Shown here one piece after another: positions 37,458-46,719 of a stretch of DNA of 55,865 nucleotides. A program made the translations under genes and the position numbers. The notes beneath the pieces were generated by a model, which did no database searches, was not told where the DNA came from, and worked only from the letters and a program-made list of their open reading frames with translations. Within the stretch, counting starts at the first letter, position 1. Each line of letters opens with the position of its first letter. Source of the stretch: a bacterium (GTDB lineage Bacteria; Verrucomicrobiota; Verrucomicrobiia; Chthoniobacterales; JAFAMB01); assembly GCA_046727075.1 (NCBI GenBank), contig JBKPBY010000182.1, positions 1 through 55,865 of the forward strand, read 5' to 3'.

Positions 37458-37949
37458 TCATCTACCGGCGGTCCGCAGCTCGTATTTTTGCTTCAGCTCT
37501 TGAAAATGGGTCGATGGGAACCACTGATAGAGCATGAAATAAACAAGTACACCGGTCACTGACACGTAGAGCCAGATTGGCATCGTGATCTTACCCATCC
37601 TGCGGTGCCGATCGAAACGGGCGCGCAACGCAGGAATCACGGTCACGGCTACAAGTGGAAGAATGGTAAATGCCAGCACCAGGTGGGTGAGCAGAAGGAC
37701 GTAATAGACAGGTTTAATCCAGCCATCTGTGGTGAACTTCACTGAACCCTCGCCAACCGCATGGATCATCCCGAAATGGTACGTGAGGTAACAAGCAAGG
37801 AAGAGCGTGGAGCATGCCAAAGCGCTAACCATGCAGGTAATATGAATCCTTTTCCGGTCACGGAGAATCGCCAGCCAACCGGTCGCAATCAGACAGGTAC
37901 TGATTGCGTTCAGGGTCGCATTGATTGGGGGCAAATCGAAGACGGTCAC
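37458..37949 (-). CDS. DUF420 (CtaM/YozB-like) membrane protein
   Basis: LPPINATLN, FLACYLTYH, HRRMGK and WLYVSVTG. Confidence 0.88.
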   Translation of the reverse strand: MTVFDLPPINATLNAISTCLIATGWLAILRDRKRIHITCMVSALACSTLFLACYLTYHFGMIHAVGEGSVKFTTDGWIKPVYYVLLLTHLVLAFTILPLVAVTVIPALRARFDRHRRMGKITMPIWLYVSVTGVLVYFMLYQWFPSTHFQELKQKYELRTAGR

Positions 37950-38058
37950 GAGCTACAAACTATTAGAGGAACTTATTTTGTTACGTATCTATGCATTTCC
38001 GGCCAAAAGCAAATGCGTTTGGCGGAGGCGTTTCTCGGAAGGCGGCGTGTCGGCGTGC

Positions 38059-38091
38059 CATATTAGTCCTATTGGTCCTATAGGTCCTATT
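38059..38091. repeat. TCCTAT 9-mer repeat
   Basis: catattagt cctattggt cctataggt cctat. Confidence 0.75.
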
Positions 38092-38131
38092 CCGCCCTAT
38101 CGACAACGAGGACCCGACGAGGAGCCTCCGC

Positions 38132-38728
38132 TTAATACATAAATAGCTTCGCGACGATTGCGCCGAGCATCAGGCCAATGATTACTTCAAGGCGAGTGTG
38201 GCGCTGTAACGCGGATCGGGACCAGCCGACGAGCACGGAGAAAAAGATCCAGGGAAGCGCGATCTTTGCTCCGAGCGGCCAGAGCGAACAGCTAGTCAAC
38301 ATCGCGAAGCCCGCGTGCATCGATGGCTTGATCCAGAGATTTGCTCCCCAGGCAGCTCCGACCAGCACCATCGCAGCCGCACATCCTCTAATGAACGCGC
38401 TCGGCTGATGCGTCAGGTAAAGCACCAGGCAGGCAAACAATAGCAGAGAAATTCCAATCGCAAACAGATGCGGACGATCCTTCTGCTCGGAAACGTCCAA
38501 ATTGCTCCACTGGCCCCTGCGGACCTTCAGCCAAATGTAAAGCGAAACCGGCAGCAAGGATGCCAAGACAACCGTTAGCACACCCAATACCGCCTCAAGG
38601 GGTGCGAGCATTCGCCAGCCGACGATTAGCGCCACAATCGGCGTAAAAATAAATGGATGCCCGGCGACAGAGAGACCCTGTGCGCTCAGGCGCTTAGCAT
38701 TCTCCCGCGTTAAAGTCGATTCGATCAA
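38132..38728 (-). CDS. PAP2-like membrane phosphatase
   Basis: Several TM segments, KPSMH and WSRSALQRHT..EV..G. Confidence 0.7.
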   Translation of the reverse strand: MIESTLTRENAKRLSAQGLSVAGHPFIFTPIVALIVGWRMLAPLEAVLGVLTVVLASLLPVSLYIWLKVRRGQWSNLDVSEQKDRPHLFAIGISLLLFACLVLYLTHQPSAFIRGCAAAMVLVGAAWGANLWIKPSMHAGFAMLTSCSLWPLGAKIALPWIFFSVLVGWSRSALQRHTRLEVIIGLMLGAIVAKLFMY

Positions 38729-38740
38729 GTACCAGGGAGA

Positions 38741-38998
38741 TCAATGAGACTGGGCGCTAACCATCCGGTGTTTAGCATCCAGCTGTTTACACGAACGCAC
38801 GATCATGAAAGTCATGCCGGTGAGGAGCAAGACGACGAACCCGATCATAAAAAGCACGCTCAGCGAAAAACCTGCGCTGATGCCCGAAACGCCGCCGTCA
38901 CCTGCCACATTGGAAGGTTCCTTGCATCCAGGGCATGCGAACAGCGACGGCGCGAAACCGAGAAACAGCGCACTGAGCAGCGACAAAAACCTCACCAT
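38741..38998 (-). CDS. Small membrane protein with CxxC
   Basis: Signal peptide ending LFA, then CPGC, then one TM helix; directly downstream of SCO. Confidence 0.7.
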   Translation of the reverse strand: MVRFLSLLSALFLGFAPSLFACPGCKEPSNVAGDGGVSGISAGFSLSVLFMIGFVVLLLTGMTFMIVRSCKQLDAKHRMVSAQSH

Positions 38999-39011
38999 GA
39001 AATAGTTTGAA

Positions 39012-39647
39012 TTATCTTCCGCCCCGACGCAAGAGACTTCCGACATCAAGCAGCAGCTTCTGCACGACCTCCTCAGAAGTTCCGTCGTAATAGCCCCGAA
39101 TGACGCCGTCTATATCGACCAGCGCGAATTTTGTGCTGTGGATAAAATTTGGCATCACGCTCCCCGGATCCTGTACGGCGAGTTGGAAGCCGTTGATCGC
39201 CAAATCATAAATCTGTTGTTTCTCCCCGGTCAAAAAATGCCAGCGATTGGATGCTTCATATCGTTGGGCGTACCGGCTGAGCACAGATGAAGTGTCGAAT
39301 TGTGGATCGACGGTAAACGAGACCAAGGCGAGGGAACTGCCCTTGGAGAAATTGCGATCGAGCTCGGCGAACCGGCTGCTCATGATCGGACATGGTCCAG
39401 GGCACCGCGTGAAGAAAAAGTCCGCGACCCAGACTTTACCTTTAAGAGCGTCCTTCGTCACAGTCTGACCAGTCTGATCAACGAACGAAAAGTCAGGGAC
39501 TGTGTTGAATCGTTCGAAATCCTTGATGAATCTCTGCTGCGCAGATTTCCAAGATTGATACCCGAACGCGAGGACGACAATCGCAATGGTTGCAATGAGT
39601 GCTCCAAGCAACCCCTGGCGAAAACTAGGCTGAGCGACCGATACCAT
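39012..39647 (-). CDS. SCO1/SenC copper chaperone
   Basis: FFFTRCPGPCP, TVDP..D, WHFLTG and HSTKFALVD; start MVSVAQ. Confidence 0.93.
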   Translation of the reverse strand: MVSVAQPSFRQGLLGALIATIAIVVLAFGYQSWKSAQQRFIKDFERFNTVPDFSFVDQTGQTVTKDALKGKVWVADFFFTRCPGPCPIMSSRFAELDRNFSKGSSLALVSFTVDPQFDTSSVLSRYAQRYEASNRWHFLTGEKQQIYDLAINGFQLAVQDPGSVMPNFIHSTKFALVDIDGVIRGYYDGTSEEVVQKLLLDVGSLLRRGGR

Positions 39648-39656
39648 GGTCAGAAA

Positions 39657-39794
39657 TCGGTAAACCGTAGCCGGCAGTCCGTAAACCGTAATCGGTAGTC
39701 CGCAAACCGTAATTGTCATCCCTAAGCCCTGATCCGCCAAGTGGCGCACGTTTTCGGAGCGAACACGGATTACGGAACACGGATTACGGATTAC
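39657..39794. repeat. Inverted pair of heptamer arrays (CCGTAAW vs ACGGATT)
   Basis: cggtaaa ccgtagc..ccgtaaa ccgtaat.. at 39657-39714 and acggatt acggaac acggatt acggatt at 39764-39794. Confidence 0.75.
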
Positions 39795-40211
39795 CTATTC
39801 ACGGGCCGCAGGTGGAGCGCCGCTCAGGCTCTTCTGGACAATTTGGATCAATTGTTCAGGCAAGAACGGTTTTTGCAGGAAGAGAGAACCTTCTCGCATT
39901 TTGAGGCCGTTCGCGTCCTGATAAGCCGGCGAACCGCTGGTATAGACGATTTTCAGGCTCGGCTTGCGCGCCGCCAACTCGTCGGCTAGCCGGATGCCGT
40001 CCAACCCGTCTTGCATGACGATATCGGTGAGCAACAAATCGATCTGTCCATTGCTCTCGTCCCAAACCGCGAGCGCTTGAGATCCTGAGGCAGCTTCCAG
40101 GACTTGATAGCCGGACCGCAGGAGGATGACGCGGTACAATTCTCGCAGTGTTGGTTCATCTTCGACGAGCAAGATCCTCTCAGAGCTGCTATCGATGAGG
40201 TTGGAGTTCAT
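39795..40211 (-). CDS. Single-domain response regulator receiver
   Basis: ILLVEDE, DLLLTDIVM, TSG and LQKPF. Confidence 0.9.
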   Translation of the reverse strand: MNSNLIDSSSERILLVEDEPTLRELYRVILLRSGYQVLEAASGSQALAVWDESNGQIDLLLTDIVMQDGLDGIRLADELAARKPSLKIVYTSGSPAYQDANGLKMREGSLFLQKPFLPEQLIQIVQKSLSGAPPAARE

Positions 40212-40446
40212 ATTTAGCCCCGCCCGAAACGGCGATAAGGCTCAAATTGCACAACAGGAGCAAGTTACTTTTTTCGGGATTTAGAACACTGCTGTCAAGG
40301 ATTCGTTAGAAATGAGTGTAAATTTTATTAACAACCAAATTTTTCCCAACCATAAGAAATTGGGTCTTTTAGACGCGGGATTTCACGATTATAACTACTT
40401 TTTCAGGCGCTTTACAATTGTTTGTCGTACAATTGGTTTTGTAACA

Positions 40447-40468
40447 ATAGGATACCAGGGTATCCTAT
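40447..40468. promoter_or_regulatory. CsoR/RcnR-family operator
   Basis: Perfect palindrome ATAGGATACC-AG-GGTATCCTAT, 3 bp before the repressor ATG. Confidence 0.85.
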
Positions 40469-40471
40469 GCA

Positions 40472-40750
40472 ATGGCCCATATCTCGCGAGATAGAAAAAA
40501 GCTTCTCGATCGGGTTCGGCGTCTTCAGGGACAGATCACCGCTCTCTACAAGGTTCTGGAAACCAAAGACGATTGTACCGAAGTATTGCATCTCTTAGCC
40601 AGTTGCCGCGGGTCGATGAGCAGCCTGATGCATGAGATCGTGGAAGGACATATCCGTTTCCACCTTATGACGAATGATTCCGGAAAGACTCGTCAGCAAG
40701 AAGAAGCGGCCGAGGAACTAATCGAAGTGCTGCGAAAGTATTTGAACTGA
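40472..40750 (+). CDS. RcnR/DmeR-type metal-sensing repressor (CsoR/RcnR/FrmR family)
   Basis: RVRRLQGQI; His3, Cys35, His60 and His64 at the same positions as the Ni/Co ligands of E. coli RcnR. Confidence 0.92.
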   Translation: MAHISRDRKKLLDRVRRLQGQITALYKVLETKDDCTEVLHLLASCRGSMSSLMHEIVEGHIRFHLMTNDSGKTRQQEEAAEELIEVLRKYLN

Positions 40751-40767
40751 AACATCCGGAGCATTTC

Positions 40768-42789
40768 ATGAAGTTGCAAACCAAGGACACCCAGGGAACC
40801 CCAGCCATCGCAAGACTCGATAGAGTATCTGCAGCGCAGGCTGGAAAGCTGGACGAGCATGGCCATCACGGTTACCACGATGATCACGATCACGATCATG
40901 ATCACGACCATAACCATGACGGCCATGATCATGAAACTGACGCGGCCGAGTATGTCCGGCTCGCTGCGATGGGGTTGATCATTGTCGCGAGCCTGACCGG
41001 CTGGTGGCGCGGCCTCATGGATCGCGATTGGCTGGCTTTTGCCGGAACGCTGATTGGCGGACTCCCAATCTACCGAGAGGCTTGGGAGAATCTGCGCAAG
41101 CGACGAATGACCATGGAGCTTTCAATGACCATTGCTCTGGTCGCAGCGCTGCTCATTGGTCAGTTTTTTACGGCGCTGGTAATCGCGTTTTTCGTCTTGT
41201 TCGCCGAACTCCTGGAAGGCTACACAACAGGTGGCGGACGACGCGCTATCGAAGCACTGGTCAATGCGCTACCCCGACAGGTCACGGTCCGGCGCAACGG
41301 AGTCGATAGCCATATAAAAACCGAGGAGCTTTCGGCCGGCGAGATCATCGTGATTCGGCCAGGCGAAAGGATCCCGGTCGATGGCTCGGTTACAAAAGGC
41401 AGCAGTTACGTCGATCAGTCAGCGATCACAGGGAAATCGTTACCGGTTGAGAAGACGGAACTGAGCAAAGTCGTCGCCGGATCGATCAACAAAAGCGGTG
41501 TCCTGGAGGTCAGCGTTGAGCGGATTGGACGCGACACGACCTTCGGCCGGATCATCGAGATTGTCGAGCAGGCGGAGAAATCGAAAGCACCGGTGCAAGG
41601 GATTGCAGATCGTCTGGCGGCGGGCCTCGTCTACTTCGCCTTTGGAGCAGCGGTCCTGACATTTGTAGTTACGCGCAACGTTACCTCTACCATCGCTGTG
41701 ATCATCGTCGCGGGCGCTTGTGGAGTCGCTGCCGGCACGCCTCTAGCCATTCTAGCCGGAATTGGAAGTGCAGCTCGACGCGGGATCATTGTCAAAGGAG
41801 GCCTCTTCCTGGAAAAACTGGCAGAGATCGATACGATCGTTCTGGACAAGACTGGGACACTGACGATGGGCGTTCCCGAAGTGACCGCCATCCGAACAAC
41901 CAACGGAGCTACGGAACAGAATCTCCTGGAGACGGCCGCAATTGTTGAACAGCATTCGGAACATCCATTAGGTGAAGCGATTGTTCGAAAAGCTAAGGCA
42001 GCAAACTTGGCCTTACGTGGATACACTGATCTTCGCTATTCCCCGGGCAAGGGGCTGACATGTCTCGATGGCACAAGCAAAATTGTAGTCGGAAGCCGGC
42101 CCCTGTTGGAGGAGAATGGAGTCGACGGCCTGGATGGCCTCGAAAAGGATTCAGCACGAGGAGAAACCCTTGTTCATGTGGCAAGAGACCGGAAATATCT
42201 GGGCGCGCTTGCAATCGCCGATCAACTCCGGCAGGAATCACTTCAAGCCGTTGCTGAGCTGAAACGACGCGGGTACTGGACCCTGCTTTTGACCGGGGAC
42301 AGCAAAGAAACAGCATCGGCGATCGGCGACCAACTCAAGGTGGATGAGGTTTTTGGTGAGCTTCTTCCTGAGGACAAACTGGACAAGGTCCGCGCACTCC
42401 TTAAAGCCGGCCGGAAAGTGGCAATGGTCGGCGATGGAATCAATGATGCTCCAGCCCTGGCAGAGGCAACCGTAGGCATCGCGATGGGAGGAGGGACGGA
42501 TGTCGCGCTGGAAACCGCCGATGTCACGCTGATGACCAGTGATTTGTCCCGTCTTCCTGAGGTGTTCGATAGCGCCAAACGCTGCTACCGGGTGATCATG
42601 TTTAATTTCTGGGGAACGATCCTGGTTGACACTGTTGGTATTGTGTTGGCCTTCTTCGGTTTGCTGGCTCCGGTCATCGCAGCGCTCATACACGTTGGAT
42701 CGGAGCTGACGTTCATTTTGAATTCGGCGCGCTTGTTTGGCGCAAAGATAAGACGTATGGGACGTATAAGTCCAATGCGAGAGTGTTAG
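40768..42789 (+). CDS. Heavy-metal P1B-type ATPase with His/Asp-rich N-terminus
   Basis: PGERIPVDG, DKTGT, SEHPL, TGD and GDGINDAPAL; (HD)n tract. Confidence 0.95.
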   Translation: MKLQTKDTQGTPAIARLDRVSAAQAGKLDEHGHHGYHDDHDHDHDHDHNHDGHDHETDAAEYVRLAAMGLIIVASLTGWWRGLMDRDWLAFAGTLIGGLPIYREAWENLRKRRMTMELSMTIALVAALLIGQFFTALVIAFFVLFAELLEGYTTGGGRRAIEALVNALPRQVTVRRNGVDSHIKTEELSAGEIIVIRPGERIPVDGSVTKGSSYVDQSAITGKSLPVEKTELSKVVAGSINKSGVLEVSVERIGRDTTFGRIIEIVEQAEKSKAPVQGIADRLAAGLVYFAFGAAVLTFVVTRNVTSTIAVIIVAGACGVAAGTPLAILAGIGSAARRGIIVKGGLFLEKLAEIDTIVLDKTGTLTMGVPEVTAIRTTNGATEQNLLETAAIVEQHSEHPLGEAIVRKAKAANLALRGYTDLRYSPGKGLTCLDGTSKIVVGSRPLLEENGVDGLDGLEKDSARGETLVHVARDRKYLGALAIADQLRQESLQAVAELKRRGYWTLLLTGDSKETASAIGDQLKVDEVFGELLPEDKLDKVRALLKAGRKVAMVGDGINDAPALAEATVGIAMGGGTDVALETADVTLMTSDLSRLPEVFDSAKRCYRVIMFNFWGTILVDTVGIVLAFFGLLAPVIAALIHVGSELTFILNSARLFGAKIRRMGRISPMREC

Positions 42790-43857
42790 CTGGCGGGCAC
42801 GATCGAACGAGCGATTCTTGGCTTCCATTTCTCGGAGGCAAACGCAATCAGTGGAGCTTCGACGAACCGATAGGCTTGCACACAGATAGCGACGAAGAAA
42901 ATTGTCAGGATAACGATGAGTAGGTCCGGCTGGATCTGTGTGGCTATGCCTTTTCTTAGAAGATTGCCCAACACGCCCATCAGGAAACTGTGAGTCAGGT
43001 AAATCGAGTAGGAAGCGTCTCCGAACAGTATCGGAACCGCCAAGCAACGTGTATTCGGTGTAGGAAGCAACGAGGCCCCCAAAACCAGGAGCAGAGCTGG
43101 CAAGCCGTGGGTCAACAGGTGTGGGAACGAGGTGGTAGTAAACAGTGCAAACAAGAATCCTAGAGTCGCGAGAGACATCATAGCAACGGCCTCCAAAAGG
43201 TGATCGCCTCCTCTGGTACGCACATAGATCGCGCCGGCGGCGACACCGAGCAGGAACTCGAATATAAGCGGCGACGAAGCCAGGTAATGGAGCGCCGGCG
43301 GCAGGTTAACGATTCTTGACAAAGCGAACAGAGCGAGGAACGCGGCTAGAAGAAACAGCATAGTTAAGCGCCGGGTTTTCAAAGAGATGGAGGCGGCAAA
43401 AAAGAGATAGAAACAGAGTTCGAAAGATAGACTCCATCCCTGATTAATCATTGGCATCCATTTGCCGACATCATTCAACGCAGGCCACAGGAAATAGGAT
43501 GAGATGACATAAGACGGCGTCAGGCTCGGTGCCTGATCCGCCAGTTTGAATCCCCAAAGCAGGAGCAAGACGGTCGTCCAGACCCAATAGGCTGGATAAA
43601 TGCGCAGGACACGTTTGCGAAGAAAATTGAGAGACGCAGCAAGGCCGTCAGGACGTCCAGTCGTCGTAACGAACCATAATAAACCCGCTGATCACAAAAA
43701 ATATGTCGACGCCTACGCCACCCAAATTGGCGCAGCAGGCAAGATGACAGGGCGCCGGATGATTGTCGCGCATCTGCGTGCAGAGGTGCGAGATCACAAC
43801 AAAAATTGCTGCTACCCCACGAAGAATTTGGATGCTCGCTAGTTTGTTGTGCTGCAT
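42786..43857 (-). pseudogene. Acyltransferase family 3 (OafA-like), frameshifted near 43670
   Basis: SIQILRGVAA..H and GVDIFFVISGFIM in one frame; FLRKRVLRIYPAYW, WSLSFE and GDASYSIYLTH in another. Confidence 0.85.
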
Positions 43858-44076
43858 ACCGTCCTTGGGCAGCGAAACTAGACCCGGTACAGATCAGGTT
43901 CGAGTCTGGGGGGTTACGTCGGGTTGAGATTGCGTCTTTTAAGTGCAGACGGTTCGGCGACGGGTGTTATTCGAGAGAAAGAGCGGGTTACGCAACTGAT
44001 ATCAGCTTCCAGCTCGACATTTATAGCAGCTCGGCACGTTACAGATGTCGGCGGCAGGGCCTGCCGCCCTATAGCA

Positions 44077-44676
44077 TCACACGATATAAAGAATCGTGAA
44101 CAGAAACACCCAGACGATATCGACGAAGTGCCAGTAAAGACCTGTGCACTCGAGGAATCCATGTTTCTGAGGTGTTACGTGACCCATCAGTGCTCGAATC
44201 AACGAGGCAATCAGAAGGAAAACACCGATCAGCACGTGGCAGCCGTGGAATCCCGTGAGCACGAAGAAACAGGAGCCCATGATGCCAGCAGTATTAAACC
44301 AGAATCCTTCATGATGGAGATGGATCCACTCGAGCGCCTGATTGGTAAGGAACAATGAACCGAGAACGATCGTGGCTAACAAAAGAAGCTTGCCGCCTTT
44401 ACCTCGTTTAATCAGTGCGGCCTCCGAGAAATGCAGCGTAAAACTGCTGCTGATCAGAAAGATCGTGGCGATGATCGTTTTGACCATTGTGTCGCCACCC
44501 CTCAGCATTTCCGGCATTTGCCACCCTGGCCCGGCTCCGCCACGAAGCACCATGTAACCACCGATTAGTCCGGCGAACAGCATCGCTTCAGAGGCTAGAA
44601 ACGTCAGCATTCCGAACCGCACGATGTTCGGTCCTGGTTTTTGAATCTCGTCGAAGGTGGTTGCTGTGGCTTCCAT
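44077..44676 (-). CDS. ctaE: Cytochrome c oxidase subunit III
   Basis: FLASEAMLFAGL, LTGFHGCHV and YWHFVDIVW. Confidence 0.93.
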   Translation of the reverse strand: MEATATTFDEIQKPGPNIVRFGMLTFLASEAMLFAGLIGGYMVLRGGAGPGWQMPEMLRGGDTMVKTIIATIFLISSSFTLHFSEAALIKRGKGGKLLLLATIVLGSLFLTNQALEWIHLHHEGFWFNTAGIMGSCFFVLTGFHGCHVLIGVFLLIASLIRALMGHVTPQKHGFLECTGLYWHFVDIVWVFLFTILYIV

Positions 44677-44678
44677 AG

Positions 44679-44795
44679 TTAAATCTTTTGATAGATCGAT
44701 AGTTTCCAGAGGATTACGAGTAAGGTCAGCAGAATCGCAAAAGTGACCAATGCGATCCAGAGGCGCCGATTCCTTCTTCGTAGTTCTTCATCCAT
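44679..44795 (-). CDS. 38 aa single-TM protein (CoxF-like)
   Basis: MDEELRRRNRRLWIALVTFAILLTLLVILWKLSIYQKI*; TAATG overlap with the cyoE stop and ends 2 bp before ctaE. Confidence 0.75.
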   Translation of the reverse strand: MDEELRRRNRRLWIALVTFAILLTLLVILWKLSIYQKI

Positions 44796-45688
44796 TACGC
44801 TCGAGTCAATACAAGGGCGCCCAACGTGATCGGTAGATAAACAATTGAAGCGACGAACAGGCGCCGCGCAGTTTTCTCAGATCCGTGGAACGCAAATTGG
44901 AGCGACATCCAGCCAAAATAGATACCGGTCGCGGCCGCGATTACGAAATACCAGACCGTAGTCAGCCCTGCCATTGCCGGCATCAAGCTAACGGAGATCA
45001 AAGCCATTGTATAAAGCAGACCCTGACGGCCAATCATTGCGGCACTTTGATCCGTGCCGCCCAGCATGACAAAACCTGCTTGCTTGTAATCTTCTCGGAA
45101 CAACCACGCGAGCGCGAGAAAGTGAGGCATCTGCCAGAGGAATAGAATTGCGAACAGAAGCCATGCTTCAAAATCGATTCGCCCGCGCGCTGCCACCCAT
45201 CCGATCACTGGAGGCAGCGCACCGGGTAAAGCACCCACAATTGTGTTCAAGGTAGTTACCCTTTTGAGCGGTGTGTAAACAAAGACGTACGAACCGATGG
45301 TGCCCGCCGCAAGAACACCGGCCAGCAGATTAGTCCCCAGTGCAAGCCACAGAATGCCGGCGATCGAACAACCGACACCGATGATCATTCCTTCTTCCAC
45401 GCTCATTCGGTGCGAAGGCAACGGTCGGTTTCGAGTCCGTCGCATGCGGGCATCAAATTCGACCTCAAACACCTGATTCAGGGCAGCTGCCCCGGCGGCG
45501 GCAAGGGCGGTGGCGAACAATGTCTGCAAAAGGTACGGGACGTTCATCTCTCCGCGCCACCCAAACAGGAATCCGATCAGCGTCGTGCTGAGCACGAGCA
45601 GAGAGAGGCGAGCCTTCACGAGCTCGGCAATATCCGAGACCAATCGGCGGACTTGCGAATTAGGATTATTGGCTAAAACCGTGCTCAT
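44795..45688 (-). CDS. cyoE: Protoheme IX farnesyltransferase (heme O synthase)
   Basis: DARMRRTRNRPLP, YTPLKR, GALPPVIGW and WQMPHF. Confidence 0.95.
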   Translation of the reverse strand: MSTVLANNPNSQVRRLVSDIAELVKARLSLLVLSTTLIGFLFGWRGEMNVPYLLQTLFATALAAAGAAALNQVFEVEFDARMRRTRNRPLPSHRMSVEEGMIIGVGCSIAGILWLALGTNLLAGVLAAGTIGSYVFVYTPLKRVTTLNTIVGALPGALPPVIGWVAARGRIDFEAWLLFAILFLWQMPHFLALAWLFREDYKQAGFVMLGGTDQSAAMIGRQGLLYTMALISVSLMPAMAGLTTVWYFVIAAATGIYFGWMSLQFAFHGSEKTARRLFVASIVYLPITLGALVLTRA

Positions 45689-46719
45689 GCTCTGCTCACC
45701 GCGATATGATCGATCTCTCCCACCGGCGTGGTGGCTCTCCACAACAACCTGGAAAGCGAAACGCTCAACAATACGCCTGTCACCAAAGTGAGAGCACCTA
45801 CAAGAACATGCGCTGTCGCGACATCTGCCGCCTTGTTGCTCCAAACAGTCCAGGCTCCTAACCCAACCTGTACGATCACCAAACCGATCCACCCGGCCGC
45901 CGCAAACCGAATTGGGCCGAGCAAATGCGGTTGCCGCAACAGCCGTGTTGCGCTTCGAATCACTTCAATTGAAATACAAAGTGCCAAGAACCGATGAATG
46001 TACTGAAGCCAAATCAAGCCCGCGGTGATTGGCTGTTGCGCGGGTGATCGGACGGCGTTGATTCTTGCGATCGCATCAGATGTTGATGGGGGAAAAAGGC
46101 CGCCATATACGGTTGGGAAGTCAGGGATCGAGAGTCCGCTATGGGAGTGACGCATGGCGGCACCCAAAGCCAATTGCACGAAGATGGCCACAGTCAGCGC
46201 GATCGCTGAGATCCGGCTCTTGCGCAAGATGGAATCACCAGGTTCGACCGATGCTATCGCCTTCCAGAAACGTGAGTTTACTAAAGCAATCGTCGCTACA
46301 AGCGCAAAAAAGCTCTGGGCCAGGCAAGCGTGAAAGAGACCAAGCACCGGATTGTGTTCAGTTACCCGCAAACCGCCTAGAACGCCTTGGGTCACTACAG
46401 CTAGCACGGCGATGCCGGACATCCATTTTACCCACGGCCGTTCTTCAATCATCAGTGTGACTGCACACAAAACGAGCGTGAATAATCCAACGGTGCTCGC
46501 GATCAACCGATGCGTGTGCTCGTAGAAAATTCCGCCGATCCACTTTGACACCGGGAACAGAAACATGTTGTACCCGAAACTGTTCGGCCAATCTGGAACC
46601 GCCATTCCTGCTTCATGGCTGGTAACCAGCCCGCCGCTACAGATCAAAACCAGGACGGCGACGGCAACGAAAATCGAATACCAATGAAGAAGCCGCTTTG
46701 GCAGATCGATCGCGGACAT
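45685..46719 (-). CDS. ctaA: Heme A synthase (COX15/CtaA)
   Basis: GMAVPDWP, EHTHRL, QGVLGGLRV, H..LAQ and HRFLA. Confidence 0.93.
   Translation of the reverse strand: MSAIDLPKRLLHWYSIFVAVAVLVLICSGGLVTSHEAGMAVPDWPNSFGYNMFLFPVSKWIGGIFYEHTHRLIASTVGLFTLVLCAVTLMIEERPWVKWMSGIAVLAVVTQGVLGGLRVTEHNPVLGLFHACLAQSFFALVATIALVNSRFWKAIASVEPGDSILRKSRISAIALTVAIFVQLALGAAMRHSHSGLSIPDFPTVYGGLFPPSTSDAIARINAVRSPAQQPITAGLIWLQYIHRFLALCISIEVIRSATRLLRQPHLLGPIRFAAAGWIGLVIVQVGLGAWTVWSNKAADVATAHVLVGALTLVTGVLLSVSLSRLLWRATTPVGEIDHIAVSRA

Noticed and set aside
39648-39749. SCO N-terminal extension with TVYGLP repeats
   Set aside because: Translation of the heptamer array; the downstream Met precedes the TM anchor
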